IMG/VR virus record: IMGVR_UViG_2639762957_000001 | Location: 23,646-87,645 of that record | Strand: one strand, 5' to 3' | Length of the DNA: 64,000 nt | From: a virus | Lineage: Duplodnaviria > Caudoviricetes | Shown here: positions 17,890-25,531 of the stretch, piece by piece | How positions within the stretch are numbered: the stretch's first letter is position 1 | Layout of the letters: each line of letters opens with the position of its first letter | Made by a program: the position numbers and the translations under genes | The notes under the pieces: model-generated | Database searches by the model: none | What the model saw: only the letters and a program-made list of their open reading frames with translations | What the model was told of the DNA's origin: nothing

Positions 17890-18384
17890 ATGGAGCCAGT
17901 TTTGGTTAAACGAATTAAACAAATGATGCAAATTCGCGATATAACACAAGCTGATCTTGCTAGAATTACAGGAATTAGGGCATCATCTATTTCGGATTAT
18001 TTATCTGGAAAATATCAGCCTAAACAAGACAAAATCGCATTGATTGCAGATGCATTATCTGTAAATCCTGGATGGCTAATGGGATATGATGAACCCAAAA
18101 AGCCTATTTCGTCAAGTATAGTTGAAAAAAAAGAAAATCGGGATTTATTAGCGCATTATCAAAAATTATCTGAGCATGAACAAAAAATACTTATAACTAT
18201 GATAGACAATGGAATTCAAGATTTTACTGTAAAAAATGACGCAGATAATTTAAAGAAAACCAAAGAGTTAATATCCTTATTCAATCAATTAGATATTGAA
18301 GATCAAATTGAGATAAAAGGTGAAATCAAAGGAATGTTAAAAGCTGATAAGTATAAAGTGAAGTCGAACGACGAGGCAATCTAA
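17890..18384 (+). CDS. XRE-family CI-like repressor
   Basis: HTH 'ITQADLARITGI..SSISDYLSG...P', 'LSVNPGWLMGYD'. Confidence 0.85.
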   Translation: MEPVLVKRIKQMMQIRDITQADLARITGIRASSISDYLSGKYQPKQDKIALIADALSVNPGWLMGYDEPKKPISSSIVEKKENRDLLAHYQKLSEHEQKILITMIDNGIQDFTVKNDADNLKKTKELISLFNQLDIEDQIEIKGEIKGMLKADKYKVKSNDEAI

Positions 18385-18431
18385 TATTTGTTGATTTCAA
18401 AGATAAGAAATAACTTAGGAGGCGGCTCATC

Positions 18432-18956
18432 ATGAAATTGAAAAAGATGTTCCTCGGTCTGGCAGCAACCTGTCTTTTCGCAATCCCATCGGTATTTGCA
18501 CAGAATTATCTGATGGCAAATCAATTCAAGCTGGGTGGACTTGCTCTCGGAGCTTCTAAAGGGTATGTCCATACTATATATGGGCAACCAGATAGTACAC
18601 GGACTCAATATACGGATACACCTTACGGGACAACACGGATTGATTATATCGAAAACTATGGCAATTCAGTTTCTATTGATTATGCTGGTCTGGTAGGCCG
18701 TTTCCCTATTACAGATGCCAGTGGTGTCTTCATGATCACTGTCACAGCCAATAACGGCTGGGCTACGGAACAAGGGGCTACCGTCGGTATGGATGAATCC
18801 AAATTACGTGAAATATATGGTGATAACTTCGATACCTTCGTAAATGAGGACGGCATCACCTGCTACCAGTATTCAGGGTATCATTCCCCGTACTGCTATG
18901 TTTTCGGTATCAAGAATCATAAAGTAGTTTCCATTCTGATGACTAATGGTGAATAG
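18432..18956 (+). CDS. Secreted hypothetical protein
   Basis: Signal peptide ending VFA; AGGAGG RBS. Confidence 0.65.
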   Translation: MKLKKMFLGLAATCLFAIPSVFAQNYLMANQFKLGGLALGASKGYVHTIYGQPDSTRTQYTDTPYGTTRIDYIENYGNSVSIDYAGLVGRFPITDASGVFMITVTANNGWATEQGATVGMDESKLREIYGDNFDTFVNEDGITCYQYSGYHSPYCYVFGIKNHKVVSILMTNGE

Positions 18957-18967
18957 AGGGGTTAATT

Positions 18968-19804
18968 ATGGACACATTTAAAACAATCGTTGAAATCATC
19001 ATCGCAATTTTAGTCATTCGCTACATCATCCAAAAATATAACGTTCTGGGCTGCTACCGGGAACCAGTCCGGAAAACACGGGCCGACATTGACACGTATA
19101 AAGACCAGGAACAGGCTACGCTCCAGCGGCTGTACGAAATCGCAGAGCACTTCAGCCAGCAGGAACGGAACATCCATATGCAGACTACCCTAGCAAATAT
19201 GTCCCGCAACGGCTCTAATTTCCAGGCTTTGGCAGCTGCTTATCCGGAACTGAAATCGAACCAGACGTACCTGTCACTTATGCACAGTGTCGAAAACTTG
19301 GAAGGAAGCATCCAAAGCAGCCGTCAGGAATACAATAATGCTGTCGGTCAATATCAGATGATCCGCAGCCAAATCCCCTATTGCATCCTGGCTCCTCTGT
19401 TCGGCTTCAAAGCGGCTGAATATAACATGGGGAAAAATCAGGAAGAAGCCTCCCAGACAGCCCCGGTTTCCTTCTCTCAGCCAGCTCCGGAACTGACAGC
19501 CCCCAGCGAAGTGCTTCCGGAAGCTGAATATCAGTGTCCGAAATGCCATTCCAAACTGCAGCAGAAAACGGGTAAGTTCGGAACCTACTGGCGCTGTGAA
19601 AATCCACAGTGCAAAGCCGACTTCACCGATAAAGACGGCGAACCGGTTATCATCACCTGCCCCGATTGCCATAACGGCTATCTCCATAAACGCACCCTGG
19701 GGCACCAGGAATACTGGACCTGCAGTAACTATCCGTCTTGCAAGGCCAAGTATCCGGCAGATGCATCCTTCATCTTGACGTCACCGACGAAAGGTCATGA
19801 ATAA
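18968..19804 (+). CDS. LemA-family domain fused to two topoisomerase-type C4 Zn ribbons
   Basis: N-terminal TM, 'YPELKSN...E..I..SRQEYN.AV..Y....P...LA.LFGF'; CPKC...GKFGTYWRC..PQC and CPDC...YWTCSNYPSC. Confidence 0.7.
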   Translation: MDTFKTIVEIIIAILVIRYIIQKYNVLGCYREPVRKTRADIDTYKDQEQATLQRLYEIAEHFSQQERNIHMQTTLANMSRNGSNFQALAAAYPELKSNQTYLSLMHSVENLEGSIQSSRQEYNNAVGQYQMIRSQIPYCILAPLFGFKAAEYNMGKNQEEASQTAPVSFSQPAPELTAPSEVLPEAEYQCPKCHSKLQQKTGKFGTYWRCENPQCKADFTDKDGEPVIITCPDCHNGYLHKRTLGHQEYWTCSNYPSCKAKYPADASFILTSPTKGHE

Positions 19805-19842
19805 TATATAGCATAAAAACCGTTTGAAAGGAGCTTGATGAT

Positions 19843-20949
19843 ATGGCTTACCTTCGCAAACGAGGAGACAAATGGTATTACACCGTATGTTGGACAGACG
19901 AAAAAGGGAAACAACATAAATCAGAACGTGTTGGCGGCCTGACCAAAGCAGAATGTCAAAAAGCCTGGCGCAAAGCGATGGAATCGGTAGACATTACCGG
20001 GATTTACCAAAAGCCTTGTGACTACAAAATAGCTGATTGCCTGGAAGCATGGCTAAAAGCCATCAAAAAAGAATACAAGCAAAACACGCTGGACAATTAT
20101 TCGTCAACCGTTCATAACCACCTCATTCCGGATTTAGGAGACTACCAGCTGAAAAGAATAAAGACCTCTATCCTTCAAGATTGGTTGAATCAGCAGCGGG
20201 ATATATACAGCCGATCGACGGTCAAGGTTTTCTTTGCCGTTTTAAAAAACTTCTTCCGATGGATAGTCTTGAACCGGCAATATATCGAAAACAATCCAAT
20301 GGAAAATGTTTCCATCCCCAGATATTTCACATTGCCTAAAAAGACACATGTTTTCACATCCGATGAGATGAAGGCCATCCTGGCTCACTTTGGTCCAGAA
20401 CATCCATTTCATATGCCTATCATGCTGAGTTACTGCTGCGGTATGAGATTAGGAGAATGTCTGGCCTTGACATGGGATCAAGTCGATTTTGAAAACCGTG
20501 TCATAGAAGTCAAATTCAATCAGTACGACAAAAGAAGCCTTCCTCAAAGAACTGCTCCAAAAAGCGTTGCCTCTATCCGCAAAATTACCTTTGGAAAAAA
20601 GCTTTATGATGCCTTGAAGGAAAAACAATGGTTGCAAAAAGAAGCCCGCTTTAAAGCAGGCCCCTTCTATACAGATTCTAACCTTGTCTGCACAGATGGT
20701 TCGGGTGCTTGCATGACTTCAAATAATCTTCGTTTTTTTGGCATGTGGTGCAAAGAAAAATTTGGTGCAGGATCATTTCACAGCCTTCGCCATACTCATG
20801 CCACAATGCTGATTGAAGCCGGTATGGGACTTGACTATGTCAGTAAAAGACTTGGCCATGCCAGCATGTATACGACAGCTGATATTTATGATGATGTCAC
20901 CTGCAAAAGAGAAGAAAAAGCCATCGAACTCATGGATAAGATTCTATGA
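19843..20949 (+). CDS. int: Tyrosine integrase
   Basis: GMRLGE, HSLRHTHAT, RLGH, Y catalytic motifs; N-terminal arm-binding domain. Confidence 0.95.
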   Translation: MAYLRKRGDKWYYTVCWTDEKGKQHKSERVGGLTKAECQKAWRKAMESVDITGIYQKPCDYKIADCLEAWLKAIKKEYKQNTLDNYSSTVHNHLIPDLGDYQLKRIKTSILQDWLNQQRDIYSRSTVKVFFAVLKNFFRWIVLNRQYIENNPMENVSIPRYFTLPKKTHVFTSDEMKAILAHFGPEHPFHMPIMLSYCCGMRLGECLALTWDQVDFENRVIEVKFNQYDKRSLPQRTAPKSVASIRKITFGKKLYDALKEKQWLQKEARFKAGPFYTDSNLVCTDGSGACMTSNNLRFFGMWCKEKFGAGSFHSLRHTHATMLIEAGMGLDYVSKRLGHASMYTTADIYDDVTCKREEKAIELMDKIL

Positions 20950-21128
20950 GATTATAATGACTATTTATACAAGGCGCAATTCATGGTTACTTGATAAGCA
21001 TTTAATAGGAATCCTCGCAAAGGAGTTGAAAAAAACAACTTCAACTCCTTTGCCGATTTCAAAAATTACAAATCGGCAAAATCTCGGCAAATCCCCCTCA
21101 TCCGCATGGTTGACCAGTTTCTCCTTAA

Positions 21129-21146
21129 CGTTAAATTATCGTAAGT
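21129..21146 (+). repeat. att core shared by the left element and the prophage
   Basis: CGTTAAATTATCGTAAGT is identical at 61330-61347; both copies lie just downstream of an integrase. Confidence 0.85.
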
Positions 21147-21334
21147 AATAAAACATGCGTTTATATAGTCCTATATACGTGTATTATCGTTAGCGTATTT
21201 ACGCCATTTATTGAGCAATTACTTGATTTTATTTACATATGCTTTTATATGTTTTTATGCGTCTTTTCCGCAAACAAGGCGGAAAAAAGGACGGAAGTTT
21301 TGAGGACGTATATGGTTATGGTAATGATAAAATA

Positions 21335-21366
21335 AAGGCACTCACATTATAACGTGAGTGCCTTTG
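21335..21366 (-). terminator. Terminator of the late/lysis operon
   Basis: AAAGGCACTCAC...GTGAGTGCCTTT hairpin. Confidence 0.75.
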
Positions 21367-21368
21367 AT

Positions 21369-21839
21369 TTATTTTGCGACCAATCCTACGGCAAGGATTC
21401 CGGCAGCTATGGCCCAGGTGTCACGCTGCCGTTTTAGCCTGGACTGCTTTTTCGTCATCTCATTTATTTGACTGGTCAACGTCTGCAAGGATTCGTTCTG
21501 CTTCTGCAAGTCGTTGTTGGCTTGCGTCAATGAGCCGTTGGCTGTCTGCAACGAGTTCTTGGTTTTCAGCAGCTGTTCGTTGGCCGCTGCTAATTGTGTC
21601 TGTAACGTCGTCGAGTTGCTGCTCAGCTTGTCTAATTTGCTCTGTAGCTTTGCTAATGTTGTCTCTTGCTCTTTTATTATCGTCTGTAATTGACTGTACT
21701 GTTCGTTCGACATTACGATTTTCCCGGACGGACTGTTTGTCGTAGTGTCGGCACACCATCCAGCTGCCGGCAGCAGCAATAATAAGCAGCAGGATACAAG
21801 CAATGATAAGCGTTTTATTTTGTTGGACAATGGCTTCAA
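21369..21839 (-). CDS. Spanin-like coiled-coil protein (signal peptide, C-terminal hydrophobic segment)
   Basis: Follows the endolysin; hydrophobic N-terminus ending AAGWC; coiled coil; C-terminal WAIAAGILAVGLV. Confidence 0.6.
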   Translation of the reverse strand: MKPLSNKIKRLSLLVSCCLLLLLPAAGWCADTTTNSPSGKIVMSNEQYSQLQTIIKEQETTLAKLQSKLDKLSSNSTTLQTQLAAANEQLLKTKNSLQTANGSLTQANNDLQKQNESLQTLTSQINEMTKKQSRLKRQRDTWAIAAGILAVGLVAK

Positions 21840-21864
21840 CTTCCTTTCTCTGCGGCAGATACAA
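21460..21864 (-). CDS. i-spanin-like protein (N-terminal TM plus coiled coil), overlapping the previous gene out of frame
   Basis: AGGAGGTG RBS then TTG; TM LIIACILLLIIAAAGSWMV; Rz/Rz1-type overlap. Confidence 0.6.
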   Translation of the reverse strand: MYLPQRKEVEAIVQQNKTLIIACILLLIIAAAGSWMVCRHYDKQSVRENRNVERTVQSITDDNKRARDNISKATEQIRQAEQQLDDVTDTISSGQRTAAENQELVADSQRLIDASQQRLAEAERILADVDQSNK

Positions 21865-21876
21865 TAAGATCACCTC

Positions 21877-22473
21877 CTACATATACCATTCATTCATATC
21901 CAGTCCCTCATCCCAGCCACCAATGTGGGCATTTGATGTGTATTGCCATCCTGCCAGCGGCAAGTGACAAACTTCCGAGTAATCACACGTTGCATTATAT
22001 TGGTTGTACCAAATCGGGACATAATCAGCCAGTTCATTCGTCGCAATGTAATCACGAAGAGCGTAGTAGCCAGCGTAGATACCAGCCGACTGACCGGCTG
22101 CGTTTAACTCTGATATAAATGCGGAGCATCGGCCTGTAGGATCATCAACTCCGGTTAGCCATTTTACCGGGTTCGTCAGCGTGTTAGGGTCATCTTCAAT
22201 ATCGTACCAAATCCCCAGCGGTGGCGTTTCTCCGCCGAGCAGGTTAAGCATGGCCTGTGCTTCGCTGCGGGCATCGTCCGGAGTCCATGCGCGGGTATAG
22301 CAATATACGCCCCAAGGCAAGCCATGTTTTCGACATTCGCCGATGAAATCATAGACGCAAGCCGTCGGAGATTGTCCGTTCAACGCTTTAATGATGACGC
22401 CTTCGACGCCAGCATTGACAATATCGTCAAAGTTAATGCCTTCTTGCCAATCAGAAATATCAACTACTTTCAT
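21877..22473 (-). CDS. Endolysin, GH25 muramidase
   Basis: DISDWQ, IWYDIED (DxE), WQYTS, LDMN. Confidence 0.9.
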   Translation of the reverse strand: MKVVDISDWQEGINFDDIVNAGVEGVIIKALNGQSPTACVYDFIGECRKHGLPWGVYCYTRAWTPDDARSEAQAMLNLLGGETPPLGIWYDIEDDPNTLTNPVKWLTGVDDPTGRCSAFISELNAAGQSAGIYAGYYALRDYIATNELADYVPIWYNQYNATCDYSEVCHLPLAGWQYTSNAHIGGWDEGLDMNEWYM

Positions 22474-22484
22474 ATGTACGCCTC

Positions 22485-22934
22485 CTATTCTACGATGTAC
22501 CAATCATCACTAAGCATGTCCGCTTGGCTAGCAAGCCAGCCAAGCTGCACGCCCTGATTGCCCACAAAAGCAATGGCCTTATTGCCCATGGTATTGTGAC
22601 CTACATTGATTCCTTCCCCCTTGGCGTTAATGTAGCTGACGCTAGTAGCCAATTCGATGTATTGCCCCTTTCCGTTCCAGTTAGACCGTGCGCAGCGTTC
22701 ACCATTCTTTACTGCTTGGATAGCTTCGCCGAAAGTCATGCCAGTCGTTTTTACTTCTTCGTATGTCTTTTTGAAAATATCCGGTTTGCAAGGATACTGT
22801 TCCCCCTTAACGCCGGTAATGACGTAATCACCAGCGGAGGCTTTCATGTCCCCTTCGAGTGTGTGGATTACTTTTTCTTCGTTGGTTCGGTATGCTTCAA
22901 TAATGACAGGCTTTTTGCGATATTTCATGTACAT
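22485..22934 (-). CDS. Tad2/DUF2829-like anti-defence sponge fused to an N-terminal PGDYG-like domain
   Basis: C-half 'MTFGEAI..VKNGER.AR..WNGKG...[14 protein letters not shown]'; N-half 'YRKKPV.IEA...[25 protein letters not shown]'. Confidence 0.75.
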   Translation of the reverse strand: MYMKYRKKPVIIEAYRTNEEKVIHTLEGDMKASAGDYVITGVKGEQYPCKPDIFKKTYEEVKTTGMTFGEAIQAVKNGERCARSNWNGKGQYIELATSVSYINAKGEGINVGHNTMGNKAIAFVGNQGVQLGWLASQADMLSDDWYIVE

Positions 22935-22940
22935 GTCCTC

Positions 22941-23189
22941 CTAGTCTTTTACGCAGTAATTTTCCCATTTCTTGTATACGTCGACATAAGTTTCGCCTTT
23001 ATCGCCATTGTGCGTGACTTCGTAGTACATGCCGTCGGGTACTGTCGTAGATACCAAGGCTTTCCAGTTCTGCAAAGTCTTGCACCACCAGACGACAAAT
23101 ACGTCATCAAGTGTAATCTGTTTTTTGTCGGTAACATCAACGTGAGAATTAAAATAGTCTCTTACAATTTTACGTGCGGTTTCTTGCAT
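22941..23189 (-). CDS. DUF6275-like phage protein
   Basis: 'VFVVWWCKTLQNWKALVST...DGMYYEVT.NGDK.E.YVDVYKKWEN'. Confidence 0.7.
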   Translation of the reverse strand: MQETARKIVRDYFNSHVDVTDKKQITLDDVFVVWWCKTLQNWKALVSTTVPDGMYYEVTHNGDKGETYVDVYKKWENYCVKD

Positions 23190-23496
23190 CGTTCTTTACC
23201 TCCTTCGATAAGGGCATCGTCCCTGGCGCCGAGTTGAAGCGCGAGTCCATGCCGTACTTAGTCCAGGCTGCTTTTGCCAGTCCCACAATGCCGGCGAGGC
23301 CGCCGGCCACGGCAGATACGCCGGACCAGCAACTCATGAGTTCAAACTTTGTACCATTTAGTGCATTTGACCAGTACCCGTAAAGCCAGCTACATAAAAT
23401 CAGGCAAAGAAAAATCATCATGATGACGGACAACATGATGACTAAAGCCAGCCAATTTTTCTCTGCCCAATGTCCAAATTGGACAATCTTTTTCAT
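23170..23496 (-). CDS. Putative holin
   Basis: Two TM segments, AGGAGG RBS, located in the lysis module. Confidence 0.6.
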   Translation of the reverse strand: MKKIVQFGHWAEKNWLALVIMLSVIMMIFLCLILCSWLYGYWSNALNGTKFELMSCWSGVSAVAGGLAGIVGLAKAAWTKYGMDSRFNSAPGTMPLSKEVKNDARNRT

Positions 23497-23506
23497 AGCA
23501 TCCCTC

Positions 23507-23746
23507 CTAATGCCGGAAATAATCAACAATAAAAGATATGATACCGCCGATAATGCCAGCGATGACATACATCGAATTGATGCGATGATGAGCCGAGCGG
23601 CCGCGCTGATCTGCGATGATTGCCAGTTCTTTCGTAGCCTGAAATTGCTCTTCTAATTTTTTCACCGTATCGAGTGCTTGTTTTGATTGTGCTTCTAAAC
23701 GGCTCATGCGTTCGAGAACTTCCGTCTGGAAATCATGTTCACTCAT
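23507..23746 (-). CDS. XhlA/holin-like protein
   Basis: Coiled coil plus C-terminal TM, 'SAHHRI' motif. Confidence 0.6.
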   Translation of the reverse strand: MSEHDFQTEVLERMSRLEAQSKQALDTVKKLEEQFQATKELAIIADQRGRSAHHRINSMYVIAGIIGGIISFIVDYFRH

Positions 23747-23907
23747 GTATTTGCTTCCTTCCCTACGCAGTTCCCTTCGGTGTCAATCGTCCATCCCATA
23801 GCATCAAGTACCTTGTCAATATCTTCTTTGTACTTAGGGAACCTTGCAATAATGTTGTTATACATCAGTTTATGTAAGATAATCTGGTACGCTAAATATC
23901 TAGCCAT
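23743..23907 (-). CDS. Small tail-associated hypothetical protein (54 aa; not in ORF track)
   Basis: MARYLAYQII...YKEDIDKVL; overlaps neighbours. Confidence 0.5.
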   Translation of the reverse strand: MARYLAYQIILHKLMYNNIIARFPKYKEDIDKVLDAMGWTIDTEGNCVGKEANT

Positions 23908-24307
23908 TTGTAGGAGTCACTCCTTCCATTAAGGTGTTGACAACATCCTCAAGAACTGCAATACGTTCATCTAAAGAAGGTGTCTGTGCTACATCTGGTC
24001 TTGCTTGTTCTTTCTCTTTTAACTCATCCATAGTTGGTGGGGTATATTCACGTTGTGCTTTGGCATCAATATAGTCATCAATGGTGGCGATGTAGGAATC
24101 ATATTCTCTTATGGGATACTTTTTCCATATTTCTTTGCTGTCTGTATCTTGTTTAATGACGACGTTAGACTGTTCATTATTGTACCAGACCCGCAACGGC
24201 AAGGACTTAATACCACTATCTAACTTAAAATTTCCGACGGTATCCGTATACAGTTTATCACCATTAATAATCAAAACTTCGCCCTTCTCAACTTGGAAAC
24301 ATTTCAT
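23900..24307 (-). CDS. Putative tail-fibre chaperone/hypothetical protein
   Basis: Downstream of the fibre; C-terminal 'PSLDERIAVLE'. Confidence 0.55.
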   Translation of the reverse strand: MKCFQVEKGEVLIINGDKLYTDTVGNFKLDSGIKSLPLRVWYNNEQSNVVIKQDTDSKEIWKKYPIREYDSYIATIDDYIDAKAQREYTPPTMDELKEKEQARPDVAQTPSLDERIAVLEDVVNTLMEGVTPTNG

Positions 24308-24329
24308 TTTATCACCCTTTCTAAAAAAA

Positions 24330-24449
24330 AAATTGCCTCTCGAAGAACTGACGGCACATAGTGCTCCAATATCAGCAACGGGTGGTAAGGTGCGCCACGG
24401 AAACAGACATCCTTATATCATTATCAACCGTTGGAAGATAACAGATTAA
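24330..24449 (+). pseudogene. Inverted, degenerate copy of the tail-fibre C-terminal tip
   Basis: LPLEELTAHS...TGGKVRHGNRHPYIIINRWKITD* versus fibre LTTEEMPAHT...TGNGTAHENRMPYIVVNRWRRTA*; stops overlap at TTAA 24446-24449. Confidence 0.75.
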
Positions 24450-25531
24450 GCCGTGCGTCGCCAACGGTTCACGACTATATAAGGCATCCTGTTTTCATGT
24501 GCAGTTCCGTTACCAGTGTTATTTATCGTTAAAACGTGATCATGTGAACCATTAAAATTAACCCAGCGCCGTAAGTAGTTGCCACTTGTAGGGCCATTTT
24601 GACTGGCAAAAGATCCGACGGAAAATACCCCGTTTGCCTCAGTTGCGTTGCCCGATTCATGTTCAGCAGTTGTAAATGCACCTGTTAAAGATGCGGTTGT
24701 TACACTTCCGTCATGAGTATGAGCCGGCATTTCCTCTGTAGTGAGTGGACACTTAGCCACGCCACCCTTATCACCAAGGTTATAAGTATACTTCGTGCCA
24801 TTTTCCGTATACGTGCCAGCCGATATAAGTACACGGCCTGCGTCCATCTTGACCCATGTCGTACCCGGATATAGTTCATTAGGATCTGTGTCATTGATAA
24901 ATTCAATAAGTGCCCCAACTGGCAAGAAGGCATTAAGAAGAAAAGAGAAATCCAAAGAACCTGCATATTCTTTAGCTTGCATTGCCCACCCTTTAGCAGA
25001 CTTAGTTTTGCCTGTTGTACTAAAACTATCATCTTTCCCATCTGGACTTACAGAGGACGTGGCCCATTTTTTTGCCAGATTTTCGCTGTTGGCGATGTTT
25101 TCTTCGCTTTCGGCGGCGGCACTGGCGCTGTTTCTGGCGTTGGTTTCGCTGAGTTTGCAGTCGTTTCGGATATGCCACAGGCTATTACAGCGACCTCCGA
25201 TTTCCTGGAGGATCATGATAATCCAGTCTAGGCTTTTTTCAATGAGTGAAAATGGTAGTTTTTCTGGAAGATCTGCGTTCTGCTGCTGCGGTGTTTCCCG
25301 GATGAGTTTGATGGAATATGGCGCGGCCAGGGGGTCCCCGGCTAAGGGGTACTGGTATATGTTGCTGACTTTGTCATACTTGAAATTATTCGTAATTCGT
25401 GTTTCATAGCCCACATCATTGATGATATACCCGACTATGTCATCGCTATTACGATACTTATAAGGGTACGGAAACGACGTTTGCACGCCGTCTCCTTTGT
25501 AGGTAATACTTACTTCCGTTGTCTGAATCAT
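24446..25531 (-). CDS. Tail fibre protein
   Basis: T7 gp17-like N-terminal adapter (YKGDG.QTSFPYP); C-terminal 'PVG....DP..LYPGTTW...GRVL...GG...L...EMPAHTH...HENR.PY..V.RW.RTA'. Confidence 0.8.
   Translation of the reverse strand: MIQTTEVSITYKGDGVQTSFPYPYKYRNSDDIVGYIINDVGYETRITNNFKYDKVSNIYQYPLAGDPLAAPYSIKLIRETPQQQNADLPEKLPFSLIEKSLDWIIMILQEIGGRCNSLWHIRNDCKLSETNARNSASAAAESEENIANSENLAKKWATSSVSPDGKDDSFSTTGKTKSAKGWAMQAKEYAGSLDFSFLLNAFLPVGALIEFINDTDPNELYPGTTWVKMDAGRVLISAGTYTENGTKYTYNLGDKGGVAKCPLTTEEMPAHTHDGSVTTASLTGAFTTAEHESGNATEANGVFSVGSFASQNGPTSGNYLRRWVNFNGSHDHVLTINNTGNGTAHENRMPYIVVNRWRRTA

Larger units (their letters stand above)
4143..21146. mobile_element. Capsid-less integrative element (phage-type lysogeny module plus plasmid/ICE leading-region genes); left end not identified
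   Basis: Tyrosine integrase, cI/cro switch, xis, replisome organiser, ArdC, PrimPol and SLT. Ends at the att core 21129-21146. No virion or T4SS genes were seen. Confidence 0.75.

Noticed and set aside
21129-21146. tRNA/tmRNA as integration target
   Set aside because: No cloverleaf, GTTCGA T-loop or CCA end is recognisable near either att copy.
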